From Gemmatimonadaceae bacterium (GTDB lineage Bacteria > Gemmatimonadota > Gemmatimonadetes > Gemmatimonadales > Gemmatimonadaceae): a stretch of DNA of 64,000 nucleotides. Of this stretch, positions 1 through 9,122 are shown piece by piece; within the stretch, counting starts at the first letter, position 1, and every line of letters starts with the position of its first letter. Position numbers and translations under genes: made by a program. Under the pieces are notes generated by a model. It had not been told where the DNA came from, ran no database searches, and saw nothing but the letters and a program-made list of their open reading frames with translations. The stretch lies in assembly GCA_051859245.1 (NCBI GenBank), contig JBHYGA010000007.1, forward strand, positions 64,001-128,000, in the 5' to 3' direction.

Positions 1-1
1 C

Positions 2-673
2 AGCGGATTGAGCGCGCGGGGCGCGCCGGGTATCACGGTGGAAACGCGCATGCGATTCAATCCCACCATGGAAAGCGCGAATCTGTTCGTGCCAGGATTG
101 ATCGCGCTCGTGGTCACCATTGTCTCGGCGATGATGACGGCGGTGGCCATCACTCGCGAAAAGGAAATGGGCACGATGGAAATGCTGCTCGTGTCGCCGC
201 TACGACCCTCGACCATCGTGCTCGGCAAGGTGGTTCCGTATGCGGTGCTCGGCCTGGTCAATATCGCGATCGTGCTCGCGGCGGCGATCACCGTGTTTCA
301 TGTGCCGGTTCGCGGCAGCATGCCCCTGCTGCTCGCGATGTGTCTCTTGTACGTGATGACCACGTTGGCTATCGGCATTGTGATTTCGACGGCAGCGCGC
401 ACGCAGCGAACCGCCATGCTGGCGGCGCTTGGCGGGTTGTTGCTGCCCACGATCATGCTGTCAGGGTTCATCTTTCCGATTGACTCGCTGCCAGCGCCGC
501 TCCATGCGGTTTCGAACATCATTCCGGCGCGCTGGTTTCTGGTGATTGTGCGCGGCATCATGCTCAAAGGGTCAGGTGTGAGTGTGCTGTGGCAGGAGAT
601 GCTGATTCTCTCAGCGCTCACGGTGGCTCTGCTGGCGGCCGGTATACGAAGGCTTTCTGTGAGGCTCGACTAA
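2..673 (+). CDS. ABC-2 type transporter permease (YbhS-like), 5' partial
   Basis: VPGLIA...AITREKEMGTMEMLLVSP...GKVVPY and LSGFIFPI motifs, several TM helices; frame open to the window edge. Confidence 0.9.
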   Translation, partial: SGLSARGAPGITVETRMRFNPTMESANLFVPGLIALVVTIVSAMMTAVAITREKEMGTMEMLLVSPLRPSTIVLGKVVPYAVLGLVNIAIVLAAAITVFHVPVRGSMPLLLAMCLLYVMTTLAIGIVISTAARTQRTAMLAALGGLLLPTIMLSGFIFPIDSLPAPLHAVSNIIPARWFLVIVRGIMLKGSGVSVLWQEMLILSALTVALLAAGIRRLSVRLD

Positions 674-674
674 G

Positions 675-1796
675 ATGCGCGTGCTTCGAGCCCTCGTGCG
701 CAAAGAGTTCCTGCAGGTGTTCCGCGATCCTGCCACCGCGGTTCAGATCTTCGTTATTCCTGTGCTGCAGCTGTTGATTCTGTCGAACGCGGCCACGTTT
801 GATGTGCCACGTGCCGGTATGCTTGTGGTGGACGAAGATCGCTCGGCGTACTCTGCTCAACTCATTGACCGGCTCGATGGCAGCGGCCGGTTCTCCGTGG
901 TCGCGGTTGTGCCGACCGAGGCCGGGGTTGAACAGGCCTTCCTCGATCGCGAGGCGCGCGCCGTACTGCGAATTCCACGACAGTTTGAGCGGGATCTGGT
1001 GCGGACTGGGCAGGCTACTGTACTGCTCTCGCTCGATGCGGAAGACGGTGGCGCCGCGGGTATTTTGCAAACGGCGGCGATGCAGATCATTGGTGACGCG
1101 TCGCGGAATCTCGTGCCAGCACGTACAGCTGCGATCACGCTGCAGGCGGGTCCACCCGTCGAGATCCGTTCGAGTAACTGGTTCAATCCATCGGGTAACT
1201 ACAAGCACTTCATGGTGCCGGGGCTGCTGGTGTCGCTCACGTCAATCATTGGATTGCTGATCACCGCGCAGAACATTGTGCGGGAAAAGGAGATCGGCAC
1301 GATCGAACAGCTGAACGTCTCGCCCATCACGCGCACACAGTTTCTGCTGGGCAAGTTGCTGCCGTTTTGGATCCTGGCCATGATCATTTTTTCACTGGGC
1401 ATGACGGTTGGCGTTTTTGTCTTCGGTATACCCACCGTTGGCAGCGTGCCGCTCGTGTTTTTGTCCGCCGCGATCTACCTCGTGGTGGCGCTCGGTCTCG
1501 GTCTGCTCATCTCCACGGTCGCGCGCACGCAGCAGCAGGTCATGTTCATTGCGTTCTTTCTTCTGCTGCTGTTTTTGCTGCTGAGCGGAATCTTCACCCC
1601 TCTTGAATCCGCGCCGGGGTGGGCACAGGGCATCGCGGCGTTTAATCCGGTCAAGTATTTCGTATACATCATGCGCACCGTGCTGGTGCGCGGTGGCGGA
1701 ATCGCTGAGGTTGGTTCGACGCTTGTGGGGCTGGCGGTTGCGGGTGTGGCGGTGATGACGCTGGCCGTGCGTCAGTATGACAAGCGGAGTGACTGA
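675..1796 (+). CDS. ABC-2 type transporter permease (YbhR-like)
   Basis: KEFLQVFRD start, VREKEIGTIEQLNVSP...GKLLPF, LSGIFTP; 1 nt after the previous permease. Confidence 0.92.
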   Translation: MRVLRALVRKEFLQVFRDPATAVQIFVIPVLQLLILSNAATFDVPRAGMLVVDEDRSAYSAQLIDRLDGSGRFSVVAVVPTEAGVEQAFLDREARAVLRIPRQFERDLVRTGQATVLLSLDAEDGGAAGILQTAAMQIIGDASRNLVPARTAAITLQAGPPVEIRSSNWFNPSGNYKHFMVPGLLVSLTSIIGLLITAQNIVREKEIGTIEQLNVSPITRTQFLLGKLLPFWILAMIIFSLGMTVGVFVFGIPTVGSVPLVFLSAAIYLVVALGLGLLISTVARTQQQVMFIAFFLLLLFLLLSGIFTPLESAPGWAQGIAAFNPVKYFVYIMRTVLVRGGGIAEVGSTLVGLAVAGVAVMTLAVRQYDKRSD

Positions 1797-1865
1797 TGGC
1801 TGGAGCCAGGCACCGGCTGCGCAAGGCACGGGAAGCGGTGTAGGCGGGGCATCAAACAGCCCGTG

Positions 1866-4800
1866 TTAGAACATTGACTTGAACCAGTGCGCCACGCGCG
1901 TGAGCACCACACCGCGTCTGGGCAACAGCTCGTCGAGCTCTTCGGTCGTTTCCACCCATCGACTCTGCCCGATGATCGAGAGCAGATCGAGGTACGGAAT
2001 CACCGCCGGCCAGTTCGAAAGAGCGATCACCACTTCTCCGTCGCTGACAAAGCTGCGGTCATTCTGATTGGCCGAACCCAGCAGCGTCATGAAGATCACC
2101 CGTTCGCGCTCGGCGGACGGCAGTTCATTGTACCACCGTTGCACCACATCACTGCCGATATCGATCAGGGGGTCAGGATGCGGGCCAAACGATTGGACAG
2201 CCGTACGCCGCGAGGCAACCTGCGTCATGCGTCGTGGTACGTACTGCTCGGTGAATGACACCCACTCCTCACGCGCCATTACACGCCAGGCTTCGCGCGA
2301 AGCAATGAAGTTGGCCTTCATGTGCAACTGCGGATTCGTCCGGTACTCAAAGTCGGCGGAGTCAAGCGCGGCACTGGGAGTGACGGCGTACCGCGCCGCC
2401 AGTGCTTCGAGGCCAGTATACACGGATGGCGGAAAATCAAAGAGATCGTGCAGCCATTCGTGTCGCTGTAAGGTGTTGCGTACCCCGAGCACTTTGGCCG
2501 GGATGTTCGTGATTGGCAACTCGGAGTTGAATAGCCCCACCTTGAGCATACCACCGTGCCGCCCAAACTCGTTCTTGAGTACGCGCGAAGCCGTGAGCAT
2601 GCGCCAGAGCAGCTCGTGACTGCGAATGATTGAGCCGAACGATCGAGCAGGCGCATTCACGTACGCGGGTGTGATGACCAGTACGCGCCCGCCGCGCAAC
2701 GCACAGCCGAGCAGTGCCGATCCCCAAAACGTGCCGTTCCACAACGAGTCCGGAATCTTGAACACCGAGCCGGGCGGCATCATGGTATACAGAATGGCTT
2801 TGGCCACGTTGACGTCTTTCGAATCGAAGCCGGTTCCGTTCTGCAGAATCGCAGCGCGCTGGAGGCGCGGTTCACCGTCGCCGAGCCCGTCTCCACGCTC
2901 GGCAATGCGCCTGTCGTAGTCCGCGGGTTTGAGTGTTGGCTGGAGTGCGGTGGGAAGGCGTGCTCCACCGAGCCCCTGACGTTCGAGCAGACCGCGAGCC
3001 GCGTCTTTCAGCGCAAGCGCCGCCGGCCCGCGAAGCAGCAAAGAACGATCCTCCCACGACAGGTTGGCGTAGTGCTCACCCACGCCGGCTCCCGTGAGCA
3101 GCGCTTCGCCGCGATACGGATCTGCCTCCGTAATGTCTCGGAGCACAACCTTGCGATGATCGCGCATCCACGTGTCTGGTACCGGAAAGCCGGTAGCGAG
3201 TCGCCAGCTCCAGAAGGTTGGATCGGAAATGTTCGTGATGCTTACGTGTACTTTGATCAGATTCTGCAGCCACGCCTCTCCGTACTGGCGACGCTGTGCC
3301 GTCAGCAACGCGGAATTGTCGACCGCTTCACGCAACGCGTTCTGGGCCGCGTCGAGGGAGTCTGCCCACGCATCAAATGCGCGCGGCAAGGCGACGCGGT
3401 GGTGCAACGGGTCCTCAAGCAATGTCATCCATAGCCGTGACTTGCGCGCTTCGTAGAAGAACTGATCCAACAGAATGAGATACGTTGGAAATCGTCCCGT
3501 TTGATCGTAGGCACGCACACGGGCTGTCATCGTTGACAGATATGAGTGCAGTACATGACGAAAACTCATTTCGTCCGGATCACCTTGTGCGTCGTAGCCG
3601 CGGATATCGTGAATCCAGAGTACGTGATAGTCTTCGGCCTCTCTGATGGTACGATTGAGTTGCCACTGGAACTGCTCATTAATGACGTACGAGACCTCGT
3701 TCCCTTCGTGAAAGGGCTCGCCGGTGGCACTCGCGAGCAGCGCGTCAATCTCGCTCTGCGAATCGTGCTCTTCTGGTCGAAGGGCAAACTGCAGTGGAAG
3801 CCACGTGTAGCGCGCGCTTCCCCATTCGCGTGTGCCTTCCGCTCGCGCCTTGTCCACCACATCGAGCAGTTCGGCGAATACGGCGAGCGTTGGGGCAACG
3901 GCTTCGCGTGGCACGCCGCTCGACACGTGTAGCCAGCGCAGCAGCGCGCCACGTGCGAGTATGGCGAACGGTTCGAGTGTGTCGTCCTTTTTGTCTTGAC
4001 CGAGTAGTCGGTCGTACGGAAGCAGCACCTCGTTGAGCAACACACGACGCGCCTCATTGGACACGCGCACGCCAAGCAGTGTCGGAACACTAGGAAGGGT
4101 GCGTTCGGTCGCAATCAGCGTTCCGCTGTGGTTTGCCACGTGGTCACCGAGCACAACCGCCAGCGAAAACGCGAGATCGATCGCGTCGTGATAGCGACGC
4201 GTTTCTCTCTCAACAGCGGGCACTGATGTATCACCTGCAATCACTGCCAGGCGGCGACGAAGGGTATCCAGTCTCGCGACAACGGCTCGATCGCTCGCTG
4301 CCCCGCCGCCGCCTTTATGATCCAGCCAAGGGACGGTGAGCCACCGTACGTTGTGTGCGGCTTCCCGTACGGTTTCCATGGCTGCGCGAACGGCCGTGTG
4401 TCGAACAATCGGAACTGCAGAGGGCGCTCGCTCAACGCGATGCTGAACAAAGTCATGCGCTGCGCGTGTTTTTCCAAGCGGCGCGCTGCGTCGCACTGGT
4501 GTTTCGAACCCAACAACGAACGCGGGCTCAGCACCTGCAATGAGATCTACGCGCAGTACCGAACCGTCGCGAAAGAGTCCGCCTCGGCGCACCGGCTGCA
4601 GAAAAGAAACATGCGGACGCCATTGTTCGGTGCCGAAGTTATAGTCCGTTCCTACCGCGAGCCGCAGGAACGGTGATGCAACGCGTAGTCGTGCACCACC
4701 CGACGCCCGCGTATCGAGTGAGCCGGCATACAGTTCGCCGTGCAGTCCGCCAATGCCGAGCACTCGGCTGGCCAGCTCGGTGTACGCGCCTACTCTGGCT

Positions 4801-5000
4801 TCGGTCACCGCGGCGTTTTCACCCGAGCGCGCCTGAACACCAGTTGCGAATCCAACTGATGGTAGCCACCGCAACGGCTGACCCAGTGATCGTGTAGTAC
4901 CGCCTTCGTCAGGGCGTCGCGACTGCGCGTTGGCTGTTCCAGTACTGAGCAGCAGAGCCCACGTGAGCAACATCGTGGCGCACGGTGCAGGTCGATTCAT
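1866..5000 (-). CDS. Large exported phospholipase D / cardiolipin synthase-like protein with long N-terminal extension
   Basis: HRKVVLRD (HxKxxxxD), WEDRSLLLRGPAA, second HMK plus distal GSANQNDRS; signal peptide ending ANA-Q; ATG at 5000 overlaps upstream stop (ATGA). Confidence 0.75.
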   Translation of the reverse strand: MNRPAPCATMLLTWALLLSTGTANAQSRRPDEGGTTRSLGQPLRWLPSVGFATGVQARSGENAAVTEARVGAYTELASRVLGIGGLHGELYAGSLDTRASGGARLRVASPFLRLAVGTDYNFGTEQWRPHVSFLQPVRRGGLFRDGSVLRVDLIAGAEPAFVVGFETPVRRSAPLGKTRAAHDFVQHRVERAPSAVPIVRHTAVRAAMETVREAAHNVRWLTVPWLDHKGGGGAASDRAVVARLDTLRRRLAVIAGDTSVPAVERETRRYHDAIDLAFSLAVVLGDHVANHSGTLIATERTLPSVPTLLGVRVSNEARRVLLNEVLLPYDRLLGQDKKDDTLEPFAILARGALLRWLHVSSGVPREAVAPTLAVFAELLDVVDKARAEGTREWGSARYTWLPLQFALRPEEHDSQSEIDALLASATGEPFHEGNEVSYVINEQFQWQLNRTIREAEDYHVLWIHDIRGYDAQGDPDEMSFRHVLHSYLSTMTARVRAYDQTGRFPTYLILLDQFFYEARKSRLWMTLLEDPLHHRVALPRAFDAWADSLDAAQNALREAVDNSALLTAQRRQYGEAWLQNLIKVHVSITNISDPTFWSWRLATGFPVPDTWMRDHRKVVLRDITEADPYRGEALLTGAGVGEHYANLSWEDRSLLLRGPAALALKDAARGLLERQGLGGARLPTALQPTLKPADYDRRIAERGDGLGDGEPRLQRAAILQNGTGFDSKDVNVAKAILYTMMPPGSVFKIPDSLWNGTFWGSALLGCALRGGRVLVITPAYVNAPARSFGSIIRSHELLWRMLTASRVLKNEFGRHGGMLKVGLFNSELPITNIPAKVLGVRNTLQRHEWLHDLFDFPPSVYTGLEALAARYAVTPSAALDSADFEYRTNPQLHMKANFIASREAWRVMAREEWVSFTEQYVPRRMTQVASRRTAVQSFGPHPDPLIDIGSDVVQRWYNELPSAERERVIFMTLLGSANQNDRSFVSDGEVVIALSNWPAVIPYLDLLSIIGQSRWVETTEELDELLPRRGVVLTRVAHWFKSMF

Positions 5001-6184
5001 GGTTCGTCGTGTAAATGCGCCGTGTTCGGCACTGGTGAACGGACCGTGCACTCAACGAGCGCGGAGTCCGGGCGCACAACTCGCAACAATCGCCATACGC
5101 CCGCGGTATCTCGTCGACCCGTGCCAAGGACACTCCGGCACGATGGATCGAGTCTTCTGCCAACGACATGCGTAAGGTCCCACAGCAGGCCCGACGCACG
5201 CTTGATGGCATGGCGATTCCCAACGAGTCGTTGCAACCAGCTATCGCTCGCGAAGGCATTCGATACGTCCACCGATTCCAGGCCGTCCCGCGCCAACGGA
5301 TTCGGGTCAGCGAGCCCAGCGCGCGGCGAGTCGTGCACGCGGCGTGAAATCGTGAGCGCCCGGTCATGTCGCTCGGTATACAGCACAACGCGGGACGCGG
5401 CGCGACGCAATGCAGGCAATAATGAGTCGGCAAAACGAGCGGCACCGTGATCGAGCGCCACGAAAGCCAATGCACGAAGCTTGTCACGCGGGGATGTGTC
5501 CGACGACTCTCGCGCGAGAAGTTCGCTCACCATGCGTCCGCCGAGTGAGTGGGTTGTCAGCAGAACGTGATCGGCACCCAACGTAACCACTACCTGATCG
5601 AGTGTTTGCCGAAAGACGCCTTCGCTGGCGGTCACCGAGGCGGTGTCTTCTTCATACGCGCGAACGAACACGCTTCCCAGTCGTGGCCACGTGATTCCTG
5701 ATCCATGCGAGGGCCAGCAAAACGCGATCCACGGCGCGCTGGAAAGTGAACGCGTGCGCGCGAACACCGGATGGCTTCGACATTCATCTAGTCCAGTGCC
5801 AAAGCCATGGACATAGAGCACCGCGAAATCCTCCGGCACGCGTTGGGACTGGACGCGCGCGTACACAGCGGCCAGAAAGTCGGTGCGCGAGAGCCGCACA
5901 GAATCCCGCAGGGTAAACGTCAGCTTGCCAGCAAACGCATCGCGCACCGCCGAACGCTCGAAGATCGCGGCCCCGTATTCGAGGGTGTCGGTCAGTTTGC
6001 GGAGGTCCCGTCCTCGATCGTCACGCGCTCGCGCGGACACATACCAGATGGTGTCCTTTATCACCACGCCGCTCCGACGCGTCGTTGCGCAAGCCGTGAC
6101 TGTGCAGGTGATCATCACCGAGGCCAGAACCCACAACACAGCGCCATGGCGAGTTGCGGAGCAGCCCAGTCTTCGGGAGGCCAT
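4997..6184 (-). CDS. Alpha/beta hydrolase (DUF900-like esterase/lipase), probable lipoprotein
   Basis: VLYVHGF, FCWPS, THSLGGR nucleophile elbow, DRAL..S; hydrophobic N-terminus with VTAC lipobox-like motif. Confidence 0.8.
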   Translation of the reverse strand: MASRRLGCSATRHGAVLWVLASVMITCTVTACATTRRSGVVIKDTIWYVSARARDDRGRDLRKLTDTLEYGAAIFERSAVRDAFAGKLTFTLRDSVRLSRTDFLAAVYARVQSQRVPEDFAVLYVHGFGTGLDECRSHPVFARTRSLSSAPWIAFCWPSHGSGITWPRLGSVFVRAYEEDTASVTASEGVFRQTLDQVVVTLGADHVLLTTHSLGGRMVSELLARESSDTSPRDKLRALAFVALDHGAARFADSLLPALRRAASRVVLYTERHDRALTISRRVHDSPRAGLADPNPLARDGLESVDVSNAFASDSWLQRLVGNRHAIKRASGLLWDLTHVVGRRLDPSCRSVLGTGRRDTAGVWRLLRVVRPDSALVECTVRSPVPNTAHLHDEP

Positions 6185-6430
6185 GAAGTCGACGGCGAGA
6201 GGACGCGCTACTGTGGAGCGCTAAACCTGCGGTATGCCCGAACGATCGCAGTGGCAGCTCCGCTTTACCGTCGGATTATCCCTCTCCCGCATGTCCGGCG
6301 TTACCTGTCAGCCCAACCTGATGCTCTGTTTGAACAACTGCAGAGAACAGATGGCACGCGCACTTACCTCAAGTGGTATAAATGCCGTACGTTGGGCGTA
6401 CCCACCAACCCATTCTCCAGGAGAACACGG

Positions 6431-6790
6431 ATGAAACGCCTCACAGTAGTCGGTGCGATCGCAGTACTCGCCTTCTCGGCAGGCTGCGGCAACACCGCCG
6501 ACGGACTCAAGAAAGACGCAGATAACGCCGCTGAGAAGACCGAGCAGGCCGCAGAAGTGGCGGACACGAAGGTGGACGGCGCGCTGCAGACTGGCGAGGT
6601 CAAGTCGGCGCTGCTTGCGGACACGCGAGTTGGCGCCACTGATATCAACGTGGACACGAATGAAGCCACGAAGACCGTCACGCTGAACGGCACCGTGAAG
6701 ACCGAAGCCGAGAAGACGCTCGCCGGCGAAGTGGCGTCGTCGAAATCGACCGGTTACACGGTGGTCAACAACCTCACCATTAAACCGTAA
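6431..6790 (+). CDS. BON-domain lipoprotein
   Basis: MKRLTVVGAIAVLAFSAGC lipobox; VKSALLAD...INVDT...VTLNGTV...VVNNL BON pattern; GGAGA RBS before ATG 6431. Confidence 0.88.
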   Translation: MKRLTVVGAIAVLAFSAGCGNTADGLKKDADNAAEKTEQAAEVADTKVDGALQTGEVKSALLADTRVGATDINVDTNEATKTVTLNGTVKTEAEKTLAGEVASSKSTGYTVVNNLTIKP

Positions 6791-6804
6791 CTGAGCAGCG
6801 CTGC

Positions 6805-8925
6805 TTAGTTTCGGGTAAAGACGCTTACCGCTCCGGGCTGAATCGCTCGGAGTGACGCAACGCGCCCGCTGTTGTCACGCACAAACTCCACGGTTGCGCC
6901 CTGCACGCCTTTGATCGTGAACCGGTCTGTCTCCAACGGTTCCATCTCACTTGGTGTGCCGGCCTGCAGCCATACGAGCGTGTTGTTTCGCAGAACCAGC
7001 TCAATCTGCAGTGCGGGATTGTTGTAGCGGCCAACGAACGACTGCAGGTATGCAACCTCGCGCAGTCGCGCGTCGGCCTGTTTGAGAAACGTGACGGGTG
7101 GCACGTTCGCATCAAGCACGACTTGCAACGCGTCTACTCGTCCCGCACTGTTTGTGCGGAACGTCACTTTCTGGTTTTCGAACGTCGGATCGTCGGGATT
7201 ACGCAGGCCGTTGAATGTCTCGTAGTGCCAGTGGGCAAACTTGGCCGAAATGCCGTTGTATGTGCCATGCAGTGTGTCGCGCTCCAATGTGATGTTCAGG
7301 GTACCATAGCCTGAATCGGCATACGCCCCCACGTACTGCGAAAGCGTGTGATTAGGCTTCGTGCCAGCTACGCGTGCGACGGCCTGCAGGCTCGGCGCGT
7401 TACGCGCGGCCAGCGCCGCAGCGTTTCGGCGCGTGATCCCTTCACCGCTCCAGTCTCGCGTCTCACCACCGAGCAAGCGATCCATCGCGTGACGTGAAAT
7501 CAACTCGCCGAGCGCCGAGCCATTCTGATTGACCAGGACCACAATACCAATTCGCTTAGTCGGAAGCATCTGCACGGCCGCGGTGAAGCCATCAATATTG
7601 CCGCCGTGCTGCACGCGATACTGTCCGCGATACGTGTCCACGAACCAGCCGAGCGCGTACGACTGTGGTCCGAGTTCGGGATCGGTGCCCAGTCCTGAGA
7701 TCGGAGTGTACGGGCGGTACATGTCGCGCAGCGTATTGGACTGGATGACTTGTGTGTCACCACGCTTGCCACCGCTGAGATGCAGATTGAGCCAGCGCAG
7801 CATGTCTTCGGCACTGCTGTTGATGGATCCGGCGGGACCAACCAGCGAGATGTCGCGAAAAGGAATGCGTGTGATGGTATCGCCGTTGGTGCGATACGGG
7901 AGCGCGTGATCCGCGTCGAGCTGTGACTGCTTGACACTGAAGTTCGTACGCGTCATGCCGAGGGGATCAAGCACCAGCTGCTGCAGTCCGGCTTCCCATG
8001 TGGAGTTGGTCAGCTCGCCGACCAGAAAGCCAGCGGTCAGGAACATGAGATTGTTGTACTGAAACGTGGTGCGCAGATCTTTGCTCAGCGGCAGATGCGC
8101 GATGCGGCGTACAAGTTCTTCCCGCGTGCTGGAGTTGTTGTTGTACCAGACGAGGTCGTGACGCGGCAACCCACTGCGATGGGTGACCAGATCGCGCGGC
8201 GTAATGCGAAGCGTGGCGACATCGTCGTGCATGCGAAACCAGGGCAGGTACGAGCGGACCGGCGTATCCCACTGCAGGATGCCTTTGTCAACCAGTGCAC
8301 CCATGGCGAACGTAGTAAACGCCTTCGACGACGAGCCAATCGCGAAGAGTGTTTTGGGCGTGACGGGTAGTTTACGTTCGCGATCGCGGAGCCCATGCCC
8401 GGCGAGATAGACCGTTTCACCGTCCACGGTTATGCCAATCGAAAGCCCCGGCGCGTGCCAGTTGGCGATGGTGGAATCAATCCACGGGCCAAATGTCGCG
8501 AGTGCTGCCCGGGCTTTCTCAGCCGGTGACGCGCCCAGGGACATGCTGAACGGAAAGCGAGTTCCTGCCTGCATGAACGTACCGCTCACGGTGCGTGCGC
8601 CTGTGGTGCGTGCGGCGGAGAACGTGGGATTGCCTGGTACACCGCTGATGGTAAAGCGGAGCGAATCGGCAGAGGCCAGTACATTCAAGAGCGCCACATC
8701 ACGCGCGTTCTGCATCGGTATTGAGATGTCGCCGGTGCACGCTCCATCGGCAGCGCGTCGCAGATCCACATCAAAGCCCAGCGCACCTGTTGGCAGCGTG
8801 ATGGCGCCTTCCCATCGTGCCGTGCAGATGTCGGCGGGTTGCGACTGCGCAGACTGCGCGACACCGCTCAAGGCGAGTACGAGCATCATCACGTGAGCGG
8901 CTGCCCTGATTAACGGCTGGTGCAT
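6805..8925 (-). CDS. Serine hydrolase, class C beta-lactamase family, with C-terminal DUF3471-like domains
   Basis: SSSK, YNN, HGG motifs, LVTHRSGL; signal peptide; GAGGAAGGA RBS before ATG 8925. Confidence 0.88.
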   Translation of the reverse strand: MHQPLIRAAAHVMMLVLALSGVAQSAQSQPADICTARWEGAITLPTGALGFDVDLRRAADGACTGDISIPMQNARDVALLNVLASADSLRFTISGVPGNPTFSAARTTGARTVSGTFMQAGTRFPFSMSLGASPAEKARAALATFGPWIDSTIANWHAPGLSIGITVDGETVYLAGHGLRDRERKLPVTPKTLFAIGSSSKAFTTFAMGALVDKGILQWDTPVRSYLPWFRMHDDVATLRITPRDLVTHRSGLPRHDLVWYNNNSSTREELVRRIAHLPLSKDLRTTFQYNNLMFLTAGFLVGELTNSTWEAGLQQLVLDPLGMTRTNFSVKQSQLDADHALPYRTNGDTITRIPFRDISLVGPAGSINSSAEDMLRWLNLHLSGGKRGDTQVIQSNTLRDMYRPYTPISGLGTDPELGPQSYALGWFVDTYRGQYRVQHGGNIDGFTAAVQMLPTKRIGIVVLVNQNGSALGELISRHAMDRLLGGETRDWSGEGITRRNAAALAARNAPSLQAVARVAGTKPNHTLSQYVGAYADSGYGTLNITLERDTLHGTYNGISAKFAHWHYETFNGLRNPDDPTFENQKVTFRTNSAGRVDALQVVLDANVPPVTFLKQADARLREVAYLQSFVGRYNNPALQIELVLRNNTLVWLQAGTPSEMEPLETDRFTIKGVQGATVEFVRDNSGRVASLRAIQPGAVSVFTRN

Positions 8926-9122
8926 GTCCTTCCTCGCTGAGGTCGTGAGTGGAACATCCGACCAAAAGGTCACGCGCATCGGCCACAAGCGCAAGCGGTG
9001 TCTCACCCCTTCGGGCTATATCGCAAGGAGTACCGAACGCATGCCGCGCTCGCGTGTATGCCACACAGTCATCATACCATGACATGTTGCCGACTGTCGC
9101 GTTCACGTTTCACTTCTCGTTG

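Noticed and set aside
5807..6430. N-terminal extension of the BON protein ORF
   Set aside because: Overlaps the hydrolase on the other strand; RBS and lipoprotein signal place the start at 6431
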